Program-made: the position numbers and the translations under genes
NCBI GenBank assembly: GCA_964016885.1
Contig: OZ024751.1
Span: 11,408,001-11,472,000 of the forward strand
Direction of reading: 5' to 3'
From: Eledone cirrhosa
Lineage: Eukaryota
DNA: 64,000 nt
Notes under the pieces: model-generated
The model's database searches: none
What the model saw: the letters and a program-made list of their open reading frames with translations, nothing else
What the model was told of the DNA's origin: nothing
Part shown: positions 40,701 to 54,218 of the stretch, piece by piece
Layout: the number at the start of each line of letters is the position of its first letter
How positions within the stretch are numbered: the stretch's first letter is position 1

Positions 40701-41503
40701 AAGAGAATATATAATGTTTCTACTTTCGGCACAAGGCCAGCAATTAACCCAGTACATTACTGGTACTTTATTTTATCGACCCGACCCCGTAAGGATGAAA
40801 GGCAAAGTTGACTTCGGCGGGATTTGAACTCAGAATAAAAAGGGCCGTAATTCTATGCGTCAAAGCATGGCGTCCGACCCTCTACCGATACTGCCAATCC
40901 ACCGAGAATATATAATAATTGTTTCTACTTTTGGCACAAGGCCAGCAATTAACCAGTGTATTACTGGTACTTTATTTTATCGACCCCGTAAGGATGAAAG
41001 GCAAAGTTGACTTCGGCGGGATTCGAACTGAGAATGGCAAGGGCCGTAACTCTATGCGTCAAAGCATGGCGTCCGGCCCTCAACCAATACTGCCAATCCA
41101 CCGAGAATATATAATAATTGTTTCTACTTTTGGCACAAGGCCAGCAATTAACCAGTGTATTACTGGTACTTTATTTTATCGACCCCGTAAGGATGAAAGG
41201 CAAAGTTGACTTCGGCGGGATTCGAACTGAGAATGGCAAGGGCCGTAACTCTATGCGTCAAAACATGGCGTCCGACCCTCTACCGATACTGCCAATCCAC
41301 CGAGAATATATAATAATTGTTTCTACTTTTGGCACAAGGCCAGCAATTAACCAGTGTATTACTGGTACTTTATTTTATCGACCCCGGTAAGGATGAAAGG
41401 CAAAGTTGACTTCGGCGGGATTCGAACTGAGAATGGCAAGGGCCGTAACTCTATGCGTCAAAGCATGGCGTCCGACCCTCTACCGATACTGCCAATCCAC
41501 CGC
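40701..41503 (-). mobile_element. Tandem array of four SINE units, period about 199 bp
   Basis: Near-identical units separated by gagaatatataataatt. The ORF starts at 40919 and 41118 differ by 199. Confidence 0.95.
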
Positions 41504-41649
41504 ACATTTTGTTTCCTATGGAAGCAGTAAACCGAGAATATAGAATAATGTTTATCATAAGGATGATAAGCTATGGTGATGATAGTAAAGATAATGAGGA
41601 TGAGCTCTGATGATGTCACCGATGCACACAGTACAAAGATGCACACAGA

Positions 41650-41692
<43 letters not shown>

Positions 41693-41730
41693 ATATATAC
41701 ATATATACACATACACGAACACGAACACGA

Positions 41731-41762
<32 letters not shown>

Positions 41763-41783
41763 GAGATAGGCTGTTTGTAAAAT

Positions 41784-41900
41784 ACCAGGTGGACCATAAC
41801 CCACCAGAGTACTCGAAATTTGGGGTAGTAGAGTGGGTAATATGAGGAGATTCAGGACCCCGACAGCTGAGCTCTGGCTGTTTCGACAGCTAGATCCGGA
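41784..41900 (-). mobile_element. PLE-type terminus fragment related to 8227-8420
   Basis: accaggtggaccataac...ttggggtagtagagtgggtaata...gaccccgac. The minus strand reads GAAA-cagc...gctg-TC-ggggtc. Confidence 0.65.
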
Positions 41901-41940
41901 TTTCATTTTTATAGGTATATATCTTTATATAAATAAGTAA

Positions 41941-42022
<82 letters not shown>

Positions 42023-42023
42023 A

Positions 42024-42751
42024 CTAGCTAAACTACCCGTCCTTTCGGACGGTTCAAGTAGCTTTCGATGTAGCTCATTAAACTAAACAAAGTAAATTTG
42101 AATACATAGAAGAAAAACGTACTTTATGTAAACATGAAACCCTAGTCACTATTCCAGCGAAATAATTAATATGTGAGCTCGGTGTCATCCGTTATACCAT
42201 GTAACAACAGAAATCCAGTCTAGTATGAATTTTTTTGACAACAGTAAAAAGCGCATCATGAAATAGAGAAGTGAAGTGAATAATAGACACTATTAAGAAC
42301 AAAGCATAATATTCACTTAATGTATGAACATCAAGCTTGAAACGATAAATTATACAACGTCAAATCTATAACTTAACTTAGTAATTTGTTAGAAATTGCT
42401 GGTTGTGAAATATACAAAATGATATTGTTAGTCTCAAGGAAGCGTACCTTTTGTTTCAAGTACAAAGAGTAAATTAAAATCCGAATGAGCCGAATTACGA
42501 AAGATAACTCTTGTCTTACTCAATCACAAAAATTGACACAAATAACCGAAACTTGTTTAATGTCTCCTAAGGCCCCAATATCGATTTTTGGAAGCCTTTG
42601 CAGATCATGTACAGGTTTTGTGCAAGGAGAAGCTCCGTAAACAATTTCAAAGAAATCGCATGAATGGTTTAGAATATATGAGCCCTCTTTAAAATTGTCC
42701 ACACTCTCATACGCACACATACAGAAATCTTCGTCTTTATATATATACAGA
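42024..42751 (-). mobile_element. Non-autonomous Helitron (about 730 bp)
   Basis: The minus strand starts TC(tgtatatatataaa) and ends CTAG. A GC-rich hairpin ccgtcc-gaaa-ggacgg lies about 10 nt before the end. Inserted between A and T with no TSD. Confidence 0.85.
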
Positions 42752-43049
42752 TATATATATATATATACAGATATATATGTATATATAATTCCTGAACTAA
42801 TGGAATCGAAAGTGAACTGCCGTGAGATGGGACGTGTGTTGGTCACATAATTATCCAACTATCTCCATATTCAATCATAGTCGACATCTTCCAGTAAAAG
42901 GTAGAGGGCACTAGAAGGACAGGTCGACCTCAGCACAGCGCTGGTATCAATATCATATGTGGGGAATTTACCATGTAAACTCAGGCCCCCGAGAAACGGA
43001 GAGCATACCGCAAATACTATTATTGGTAGCACTGTACTATCGGTTACGA

Positions 43050-43680
43050 TGATGATTGTGGTGGTGGTGGTGAAGATGATGACGGTGGTGTTTATGATGA
43101 AGATGATGGTGATGTTGATGGTGAAGTGGGTGATGTTGATGATGAGGATGATGATGATGTTGATGGTGAAGGGGAGAGAATGATATTGATGATGATGACG
43201 ATGATGATGTTGATGGGGAAGAGGATGATGTTGATGGTGAAGATGAGGATGAAGATGTTGATGGTGAAGGGGATGATGTTGTTGATGATGAGGATGATGA
43301 TGATGTTGATGGTGAAGAGGGTGATGTTGATGATGAGGATGATGATGTTGATGGCGAAGGGGATGATGATGTTGATGATGAGGATGATGATGATGATGGC
43401 GAAGAGGATGATGTTGTTGATGATGAGGATGATGATGATGATGTTGATGGTGAAGTGGGTGATGTTGTTGATGATGAAGATGAGGATGTTGATGGCGAAG
43501 AGGATGATGTTGTTGATGATGAGGATGATGATGATGATGGCGAAAAGGATGCTGATGTTGTTGATGATGAGGATGATGATGATGATGATAAACATGGTGA
43601 TGAAGATGTTGTCGCTAAAAAGCATGATGATGACGGTGATGAGCAATAAGATGATGATGATGATGATGATGATGATAAGG
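43050..43680. repeat. (GAT)n-derived minisatellite / low-complexity tract
   Basis: Recurring gatgttgatggtgaagaggatgatgttgttgatgatgaggat units. Confidence 0.9.
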
Positions 43681-43962
43681 GCAACGGTGTAACATCTTTT
43701 TATTAGGGTTGCTGCGACTGCATACATTTCCTTTGTTATAGACACTGTGGGTTACGTTGTGTTATATTCCCTGTTGATATAATCGTTGTGGCTGTTATTA
43801 TCAACACATCGAGTGTAAGGAGAAGAACAAGAAGCGAAAAGAAAGGCAAACAATAAGACCACAACAAAAACACACAAACAAATACACACACATATAGATG
43901 GGCTACCAGACATACACAAATATACATGAACACATAGACACACACACCATCAGACGCAGACA

Positions 43963-44046
<84 letters not shown>

Positions 44047-44075
44047 TATACATATATATATACATATATATATAC

Positions 44076-44115
<40 letters not shown>

Positions 44116-44230
44116 CTATATATATATATATATATATATACATATATATACATATATACATATATATAATCATATATATACATATATATATACATATATA
44201 TATATGTACATATATATATATATGTGTATA

Positions 44231-44286
<56 letters not shown>

Positions 44287-44351
44287 CATGCATATATATA
44301 TATATATATACATACATATATATATAGATATATACGCATGTATATCTATAT

Positions 44352-44396
<45 letters not shown>

Positions 44397-44403
44397 TATA
44401 TAA

Positions 44404-44492
<89 letters not shown>

Positions 44493-44533
44493 CATACATA
44501 TATATATAGATATATACGCATGTATATCTATAT

Positions 44534-44586
<53 letters not shown>

Positions 44587-44838
44587 TATATAAATAAATA
44601 TATATATATATATATAGGGAGCAGCATCTGTTAGGGCAAGACGTGTTTTCTTGGGCTCTGCTAGAGTCAGCAGCAACACACAACCACGTGTTGCTACACA
44701 CACACAAGAGGAAAGAGAAAATTTAAAATTTATGAGACCAATAGAGATATGTACATTTATATATTTATATCTAGATATTGCTATTATCATTTACAGTCCC
44801 TCTGTGTTTAATGTATGTTCATTAGTATATGTGTTGTT

Positions 44839-45129
44839 ATTTCTGCTTGCATTTTGCATATATCTATATATATGCTTGCGTGGACCCCTCTCAAAAATTC
44901 GTTGGATTTTCTAATTGGATACCCTAACACTGGATACCAACACTGAATACACCTGAACTTCTACCAGGAAATCTTTCGTTGTCATTTCTGCTTGCATTTT
45001 ACATATATAGATATATATATCAATGGTTGCGTGGACCCCTCTTAAAGATTCGTTGGATTTTCTAATTGGATACCCCGAAACTGGATACCAATTACTGAAT
45101 ACACCTGAACTTCTACCAGGAAATCTTTC
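44839..45129. repeat. About 145-bp tandem duplication of non-simple sequence
   Basis: atttctgcttgcatttt...cttctaccaggaaatctttc at 44839-44977 and 44984-45129. Confidence 0.9.
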
Positions 45130-46031
45130 ATATTAGTGAAAATTTTCTTTTCTTTGCTTCATATATATATATTATATATACTTGTCCGCCATTGCAAAAG
45201 GCCATCAATTCAAAATTTTGAAGAGAGAGGAAAAGAGAGAAGGGATCTATGAACTTGTAACATCTCACTGACCCCCCCCCCCCGTCACCACACTAACAAT
45301 AACGCCTACACTCGCTCTCCACCATCACCACATTACTCTAAGGTCGCTGTCCTGTCCCCTGTTGACATACTGCTGACTCTCTTTTGATGTATGTATGTGT
45401 ATATACATATGTGTATGTGTGTGTATATGTATATCTCAGTGGATGCGACCAGATTTCAACACAGCAACAACTACAACAACAACAGCAGCAACACCAACAA
45501 CAACAACAACAACAGCAACAACACCATCGTCTGTGTTGAATGTGTGTGTATGTATTTGTATATATGCGACAGCAATAACAGCATCAACACCATTGTCTGC
45601 AGCAACAGCAGCAGTGAAATGAAGGACAACAACAACAGTAACAACTACAATAACAACTACAGCACCAACAACTGCCACCACCATCACTGACCATCCACCA
45701 CCACCACGCTGATACCATCCACCACCACCACACTGACACCATCCACCACCGCCATTACCAGCGTAAACAAACAATTATTATTGTTATTGTTATTATATAC
45801 AAGCCGAACTGGACTGGGAAAGGTCAACAGTTGACATGATAGTGATTTTGACGATTTTAATTTTGATTTTGATTTTGACTTTGATTTTGATTTTGTATCA
45901 GTACTGTCGGTAATATATGTATATATATATATGTTTGTGAGTGGTGTGCGTGATTGTATGCATGAATGAGTGTTGGTATGGTTGTGGTTTGTATGCATGA
46001 GTATTAGTGTGTGAGTCGTGTCAATAAGTTT

Positions 46032-46065
<34 letters not shown>

Positions 46066-46254
46066 GACCATGCTGTAAAATGGAGGGGTAGAGAGGGCCC
46101 TTGAGTCTAGTAAGACATCCTCTCTAGTGCTGGTGGCACAAATAAAAGCACCCAGTCCATGCTGTAAAGTGGCGCTGGTGTTAGGAAGGGCATCCAACCA
46201 GTGTATCAATGCCAAAAAGCTTATCAGCACAGCAACAAAACAGCATAGAAAAAT

Positions 46255-48339
46255 ATGAAGACGTCGCATCTCAGAGTTGCAACACTTAATGTTGGCACTC
46301 TCAGAGGTAGGTCTGCTGAAATAGCGGAGATGCTGGAGAGAAGGCAGGTGGATGTGTGCTGCGTGCAAGAGGTGAGATGGAGGGGTGCCTCTGCGAGACT
46401 AGTCGTAGGCAAGCGTCTTAGCTATAAGCTATTCTGGGTAGGTAAGGATGATGGGTTAGGGGGAGTAGGCATTTTCCTGGCTGAGAAATGGATCAATAAG
46501 ACAATAGAGGTAGTTCGAGTTAGTAATCGAATAATTAAGCTTAGATTAGTTGTAGGTAGGAGACTACTGACAATCATCTCGGTCTATGCTCCCCAAGCAG
46601 GCCTAGGCAAAGATGAGAAAGACTGCTTTTATGAGCAACTTTTGCAAACAACCACAATGACAGAGGACGGAGACATCGTTATGCTAGCAGGAGACTTCAA
46701 TGGTCATGTTGGACAGCTCCAGGATGGTTACACTGGGGTACATGGTGGGCACGGTTACGGTTCAAGAAATGAAGAAGGAGTGAGACTTCTTGAATTTTGT
46801 GATGCAAGTACATTGACTATTTGCAACACAAACTTCCAGAAACCTGCCAATCACCTAATAACCTACAAATCTGGTGAGCACATAAGCCAGATTGACTTCC
46901 TGCTAGTTAGGCAGCGGGACAGGCAGATAGTGTCTAATACCAAGGCATACCCTGGGGAAGAATGTACCCCACAGCATAGGTTAGTTGTTAGTGATATCTC
47001 AGTAAGCAAGAGATGGAATGAGACATATAGGAAGGTGTGGAGAAGAAAGGTCTGGAAGCTAAAAGACCTTTCACTAAAATTCAAATTTAGGAAAGCCCTT
47101 CAAGATGTATATGACGAAAAAGAAGACGATTTAGAGACGTATGACATAGATAATAACTGGAAGTTCTTACGTGACAACTTGCTGAAGGCTACTGATGAAA
47201 CCTGTGGCTGGAGCAGAGCTCCAACCAGACAGAGAGTGACCTGGTGGTGGAACAGCAGTGTAGATAAGGCTATTAGAGACAAAAGACTAGCATGGAAGGC
47301 TTGGAATAAGGGTGGGAGTAGGGAAGAATATACAGCCACTAAGAGAGAAGCTAGACGTCAGGTGTACTTAGCACGCAGGGAGGCAGAGAGTAGGAGGTTT
47401 GCCAATGTTCTGCGACGGGAAGATCAGAGGCGTGCGGTGTTCCACATTGCAAGGCAGTGTGTCAATGCAAATCAGGATGTTGTTGGTGATAAATGTGTCC
47501 GGGATGATGCCGGTGTACTTAGTGTCACGAATGACCAGAAAAAGGAGGCCTGGAAATGTCATTATGAGAGACTGATGAATGTGGAGAACGAATGGGAGAG
47601 AGAGAAATTACCCTTGGTAGATCCGACAGAGGGACCAGCTATTGAGATTGACGAATATAGGGTCCAAGAGGCGATTAGGGAAATGAAAAATGGTAAGGCG
47701 GCCGGACCATCGGGAATAGTTGCTGAGATGCTGAAGGCATCAGGGGACGTAGGCACTAAACTGGTTGCACGCATAATCAATCAGGCTATATATGGTGGTG
47801 TCATACCCAAAGACTGGTGCAGCAGTATTCTCATAAATTGCTACAAAGGTAAAGGGGATGCTTTGGAGAGGAGCAATTATAGGGGTATAAAACTGATAGA
47901 TCAGGTTATGAAAGTGGCAGAAAGGATTCTAGCACAACTAATTAGAGAAAGGGTCAAACTAGATGAGATGCAGTTTGGTTTTGTGCCTGGGAAGAGTACA
48001 ACAGATGCCCTCTTCTTGGTGAGACAAATGCAAGAGAGGTTCTTAGAGAAGAATAAGCCACTATACTTAGCCTTTGTTGACCTAGAGAAGGCCTTTGATA
48101 GGGTACCCCGATCTGTCATCTGGTGGTCCCTAAGGAAGCTGGGTGTTGAGGAATGGCTTGTAAGGACAGTGCAAACTTTGTACAGAGGTACTCTCAGTAA
48201 AGTCAGGGTAGGAATGGAGTTTAGTGAGGAATTCCAGATACAAGTAGGAGTACATCAGGGTTCGGTCCTCAGCCCGCTCTTGTTCATTATAGTCCTCCAA
48301 GCCATAACAGAATTCTCTATGGGAACTTCTCTATGCTGA
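46255..48339 (+). CDS. RTE polyprotein N-terminal part: APE endonuclease and first RT domains (frameshifted near 48316)
   Basis: TLNVGTL, VQEVRW, SVYAPQ, GDFNGHVG, QIDFLL, PQHRLV; NYRGIKL, QFGFVPGKST, FVDLEKAFDRV, GVHQGSVLSPLLF. Confidence 0.95.
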   Translation: MKTSHLRVATLNVGTLRGRSAEIAEMLERRQVDVCCVQEVRWRGASARLVVGKRLSYKLFWVGKDDGLGGVGIFLAEKWINKTIEVVRVSNRIIKLRLVVGRRLLTIISVYAPQAGLGKDEKDCFYEQLLQTTTMTEDGDIVMLAGDFNGHVGQLQDGYTGVHGGHGYGSRNEEGVRLLEFCDASTLTICNTNFQKPANHLITYKSGEHISQIDFLLVRQRDRQIVSNTKAYPGEECTPQHRLVVSDISVSKRWNETYRKVWRRKVWKLKDLSLKFKFRKALQDVYDEKEDDLETYDIDNNWKFLRDNLLKATDETCGWSRAPTRQRVTWWWNSSVDKAIRDKRLAWKAWNKGGSREEYTATKREARRQVYLARREAESRRFANVLRREDQRRAVFHIARQCVNANQDVVGDKCVRDDAGVLSVTNDQKKEAWKCHYERLMNVENEWEREKLPLVDPTEGPAIEIDEYRVQEAIREMKNGKAAGPSGIVAEMLKASGDVGTKLVARIINQAIYGGVIPKDWCSSILINCYKGKGDALERSNYRGIKLIDQVMKVAERILAQLIRERVKLDEMQFGFVPGKSTTDALFLVRQMQERFLEKNKPLYLAFVDLEKAFDRVPRSVIWWSLRKLGVEEWLVRTVQTLYRGTLSKVRVGMEFSEEFQIQVGVHQGSVLSPLLFIIVLQAITEFSMGTSLC

Positions 48340-49309
48340 CGATCTGGCTCTTATGGCAGAATCAGTAGAGGAGCTAGAGAATAAATTCCGGCTATGGAAA
48401 CAGCAGTTGGAAGCAAGAGGACTGAGAGTAAATCTAGCTAAGACAAAAGTGTTGATGAGTAGAAAAGAGGACAAAACCCTGATTCCGTCAGGGAAATGGC
48501 CATGTTCGATATGCAGAAAAGGAACTGGCATAAATTCTATAAAATGCACACAATGTAGGTCCTGGGTACACAAGAGATGTAGCGGGATAGCAGGCAAACT
48601 AACAGGTAGGGAGAAATATGTATGCAGTAGATGTACAGGGAAATTAGACAGTAGAAGTCGCACTGATAGACACATTTTTCAAATGCGAGAGGGCGCTATA
48701 GAAGTGGTGGATAGCTTCCGGTACCTAGGAGATCAGATTAGCATGGGAGGAGGGTGTTCCGAGGCCATAGTATCTAGAATAAGGACGGGTTGGAAGAAGT
48801 TTAGGGAGCTGCTTCCTCTGTTGACGAAGAAGGGTTTCTCCCTGCGTACGAAAGGCCGGTTGTATGATGCCTGTGTGAGGAGCGCGATGCTGCATGGTAG
48901 TGAGACATGGGCAGCTACCGCAGAAGATATGCGACGGCTGGAGAGAAATGAGGCAAGCATGCTCCGTTGGATGTGCAGTGTAAATGTGCGTGAACGACCC
49001 AGCATAAATGTGTTGAGAGAGAAACTGTGTCTGAGAGGGATAGAATGTAGTGTACGGGAGAGGAGACTGAGGTGGTATGGACATGTGATGCGCATGGAGG
49101 ATGACCGATGGGTGAAGAAGTGCCAGGAAATGCCAGTTGAAGGAAGACGTGGTAGAGGTAGACCACGAAAAACATGGGCGGAGGTGGTGAGAACAGACCT
49201 CAGATCATTGAAGCTCACGGTGGAGATGACGAGGGACCGTGACGAGTGGAGAGATGCTGTGCTGAATAAGACCCGTCCCACCCTTGCAAGCAGGGAAAAG
49301 CGGACGTAA
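48317..49309 (+). CDS. RTE polyprotein C-terminal part: YADD, PHD-like finger, RT thumb
   Basis: LWELLYADDL (YADD at 48332-48343) is in frame with ORF 48353-49309. It continues CSIC..CTQCRSWVHKRC..CSRC, FRYLG, RLRWYGHV, GRPRKTW. Confidence 0.9.
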   Translation, partial: LWELLYADDLALMAESVEELENKFRLWKQQLEARGLRVNLAKTKVLMSRKEDKTLIPSGKWPCSICRKGTGINSIKCTQCRSWVHKRCSGIAGKLTGREKYVCSRCTGKLDSRSRTDRHIFQMREGAIEVVDSFRYLGDQISMGGGCSEAIVSRIRTGWKKFRELLPLLTKKGFSLRTKGRLYDACVRSAMLHGSETWAATAEDMRRLERNEASMLRWMCSVNVRERPSINVLREKLCLRGIECSVRERRLRWYGHVMRMEDDRWVKKCQEMPVEGRRGRGRPRKTWAEVVRTDLRSLKLTVEMTRDRDEWRDAVLNKTRPTLASREKRT

Positions 49310-49326
49310 AATGATGATGATGATGA

Positions 49327-49399
<73 letters not shown>

Positions 49400-49400
49400 A

Positions 49401-49434
<34 letters not shown>

Positions 49435-49861
49435 GGAATGGAGGGGGAATCTTGAACCTAAACGAGAAGTATTAAACTTACATATTAATGATTATAGAGT
49501 CGAAGGAAAAAAAATGTCGACTTTTCTTTTCTAAATGGCACGAATTAACGAAGAATGATGTCAGAAAATGGTGGTCCTATCGCAGTTTTCAATTCCATTA
49601 CTTTCCTCGTTACTTCCTGAAGAATATACTAGATACTTCCTTAGTTCTCGGCGTTAATTACCCAAATTCTCTTATCTGACATTACATAATGTGGGAAAGT
49701 TGAGGTGATTCAGTTTTATTGACCAACTTGGTGAGAAATTGAGGAGGGAAATAGCACTATTTAGATCAGTGACAACATAATCACACACATGCTCACATAC
49801 ATAGAATGCATATACGTTCATAAACATACACGTGATAGAAATATATATATAAATACATACT

Positions 49862-49897
<36 letters not shown>

Positions 49898-50029
49898 TAC
49901 TAAGAGATATAAATAATTGCAGGTGCAGGTGCATCCTCATGAACACATACACATATTAGTGATGTTTGCTATATCTCATCTTTTCTATCATTCACCCCCC
50001 CCCCCCTCTCTCTCTCTCTCTCCCTACAG

Positions 50030-50061
<32 letters not shown>

Positions 50062-50661
50062 CTGTATGGAGAGAGAGAGAGGGGGGAGGGATATATATAT
50101 ATATAAACAGATACACAAAGAGATAGAAAGAGAGAGAGAGACGGAGAGAGTGAAAGCGAGACAGAGTTTCTGAGAAGGAGAGACAGAGAACGGGTGGGAT
50201 ATATGTGTGAATGTCTATACACACATATATATATACACATATATATATGTGAATGTCTATACACACACAAATATATATATATATGTGTGTGTGTCTGTGT
50301 ACATACGCACATGCGTCCAGATATACGCGTACACTAAACGCAGTATCTGAATCAGAACAGCTGCCTTCAGAGATTTAGGTATATATATATATATATATAG
50401 AGGGAGAGAAATTCTATTAGATATATAGACATATGCATGTTGCAACCACCAATTTTACTAACTCATTCAAACAATCATTTGAGATGTATACATACACATA
50501 TATCTGTGTACAATCTTATGAATGCATCAATATATAATGCTTGTAATAGAAATCATATATTAATACACACATAATCGACAGGGAATACACACAGAGACAA
50601 CCATAAACATGCATACACTCATTCACTCACATATGTTTAGCCATATACATACACGAACGCG

Positions 50662-50756
<95 letters not shown>

Positions 50757-50824
50757 GTGTGTGTTTGTATATAAATTTGTATGTTTGTAAGCTTACAAAC
50801 ATACACATATACATACACACACAA

Positions 50825-50938
<114 letters not shown>

Positions 50939-51203
50939 ATATTTGTATGTTTGTAAGCGTGTGTAGGCTTATATATTTTTATGCACATCAGCACACACAT
51001 GCAAACACACGAATAACCACACACACGTCTCTGTGTGTGCTCGGTCGTGTGTGAGAGTGAGTTTGTGTGTGTATGTGTGTGGATGTTTGTGTCTCCGACA
51101 ATTTGTATATATTTTCACACATAAATACTCATTCTTGAATGTCATGACTTGCTTGTGTTTGCCGTCGTTGGATGGTTAATAAGTGTGTTCGTATATATAT
51201 AAG

Positions 51204-51269
<66 letters not shown>

Positions 51270-51275
51270 TATATA

Positions 51276-51394
51276 GGTATGTGTGTGTGTGTTATGTTTG
51301 CACATATATATATATGTATATTCGTATATATATATATATATAGATATATATAGATTTATATATATATGTTATATATACATAAATACACACACAC

Positions 51395-51462
<68 letters not shown>

Positions 51463-51493
51463 GTGTGTGTGTGTGTATTTATGTATATATAAC

Positions 51494-51564
<71 letters not shown>

Positions 51565-51615
51565 TATACGAATATACATATATATATATGTGCATACATA
51601 ACACACACACACATA

Positions 51616-51617
<2 letters not shown>
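51276..51617. repeat. About 340-bp palindrome of compound microsatellite centred on (TA)n
   Basis: ggtatgtgtg..gttatgtttgcac..tattcg..tgttata..cataaatac is mirrored by gtatttatg..tataaca..cgaata..gtgcatacataac..catacc. Confidence 0.85.
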
Positions 51618-51677
<60 letters not shown>

Positions 51678-51689
51678 TGTATGTATGTA

Positions 51690-51789
<100 letters not shown>

Positions 51790-52234
51790 AGTATCTGTAT
51801 ACAAATATACACATATAGATACATGCATACATAAACACAGACGGACACATATACGACACAATCATAAACACATGATGCAGGTTTCCATTTTGTTCTTTAT
51901 CGCCATTTCCAAGTGGCAACCCTTTACAGTCAATTAGATAGCCTATCTTCTAAACTTCCCGCAGTCTCCTTCTCTGTATCTCAGGCAATTAAACAGCCAT
52001 CGTTTCTTTAGTAATACACCTTTTAGTGATCATTTTCTGATGGCTAAAATAAATACTAAACAAATATCAAAGTTAACGAGGAGAAAGTGATGAAAAGTAT
52101 TACATCCCTTCGTATTTCCGGTTTTCTCTTAGAATAGCTTCTAACGATTTCCATAACAGCCGAGTGCACAATACATGGCAGATGCTGATACACGCTATAT
52201 GTGCATAGATAGTCACTTACCAATATATGTGTAT

Positions 52235-52300
<66 letters not shown>

Positions 52301-52343
52301 ATCTATGTATCTATATATGTATGAATATATATATATATGTATG

Positions 52344-52375
<32 letters not shown>

Positions 52376-52528
52376 TACATATATATATATAATTATATGT
52401 GTGTGTTTATATATGTATATATTATATGTATATATATACACATATATATATATATATATGTATGTATATATATACATATATATGTATGTATATTTATGTG
52501 TGTGTATATACATAAATATATATTTGTA

Positions 52529-52581
<53 letters not shown>

Positions 52582-52694
52582 ATATATAAATATATGTACA
52601 TATATATGTATATATATATTTATGCATTTATATATATGTATGTATATATATGTATATATACAAATATATGTATGTATACATATATATATTTATG

Positions 52695-52775
<81 letters not shown>

Positions 52776-53059
52776 ATACATACATATATGCATCACTATG
52801 TTAACGTATATACATACAACATATTCGGTTTTATGTTCGCCTGTGTTTGTGTTTGTGAATTTGATTATAAAAAAAAGCTGACTATCGTATTGAAAACACC
52901 AAATACAACAAGAAAGAATTCTTGTCCAATAAATCGGCCATACTTTAACACTAGCAAAGAAGAATATATATAGATGTCTAATACTTTCATGTAATAGTAA
53001 TTGTACAAACACACACTCACAATCTCAGTGACGGCGCTCACACACATGTAAATGTATAT

Positions 53060-53127
<68 letters not shown>

Positions 53128-53171
53128 TATACATATATATATACATACATACATAAATATAAACACACACA

Positions 53172-53227
<56 letters not shown>

Positions 53228-53307
53228 AATACATACTCACACACTCTCTCTCTCACACACACACACATATATATATACATACATATATGGTGTGAGTTCG
53301 TATGATA

Positions 53308-53376
<69 letters not shown>

Positions 53377-54181
53377 GAGATAACGATGATTATGAAACGT
53401 TGAGGAGCCACCAGTGTTTTTCATATTCTTCGTTCGTTTTCGTTCTATACTTCTATTCAGCTGTCCATCATTTTACCACACATTGGAGCGAGAAAGAAGG
53501 AAAATGAAGAAGAAAAAATAGTAAAAAGCACATGAGACAAACAGATGAAATATTAGATGAAAAATAAGTGTTAGAAGAAAAGAAAATGTTAACGTGATAC
53601 AGAATTTTGTTCTCTTTTGTAGTAGCCAGCTATTGCTAATGTTCTTGTTGTGGTTGGTATGTAAGATGGTGCGAACAGTATGATTTAAGTGTATGAAACG
53701 GTGCGGCTAAACGGAAACCAGAAGCAGGTGTTTTTTTTAGTTAGAAGGAGTATTTACATGATGTTTTTTTTTCTTCTGTTCTATTTATTTGACTTTTATT
53801 TAGATATAGTTTTGTTGTTTATGCCGTTAATGCCTGCAAGATATTTGCTGTCTTCAACCAATAGCCTCCACAAAGCCAACTCGGATACCACCTTATGTTC
53901 TAAATATCGAATAGAGTTGAACGTTGTTTGAAGAGAAATCTATGAAGGAAACGAAAAACGGACGAAAGAGCAAATAAAATAAACGACTTAACTAAAGAAG
54001 AGAAGGGAAGAAAATGACAGATAAATGCAAAAACGAAAAAAAAAAAAAATAGATAAAGAAATGGTTATTACCTATCAGATACATAATAACACATATATCT
54101 ACACACACACACAGACACACACACATACACGGACACACACACACAGTTCTCTCTTTCTCACTTTCTCTCTCTCTCTCTCTG

Positions 54182-54218
<37 letters not shown>

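Larger units (their letters stand above)
46063..49330 (+). mobile_element. Near full-length RTE-clade LINE
   Basis: 5' UTR with gttaggaagggcatcc, single-ORF APE-RT architecture, very short 3' UTR and (TGA)n tail. Confidence 0.95.

Noticed and set aside
40701-41503. CRISPR-like or coding repeat array (ORFs 40919, 41118)
   Set aside because: The units are whole SINE copies with identical spacers, there are no cas genes, and the context is eukaryotic.
46063-46254. Possible HDV-like ribozyme in the RTE 5' UTR
   Set aside because: A hairpin (agagagg/cctctct) and a short direct repeat are present, but the nested double pseudoknot could not be assembled by eye.
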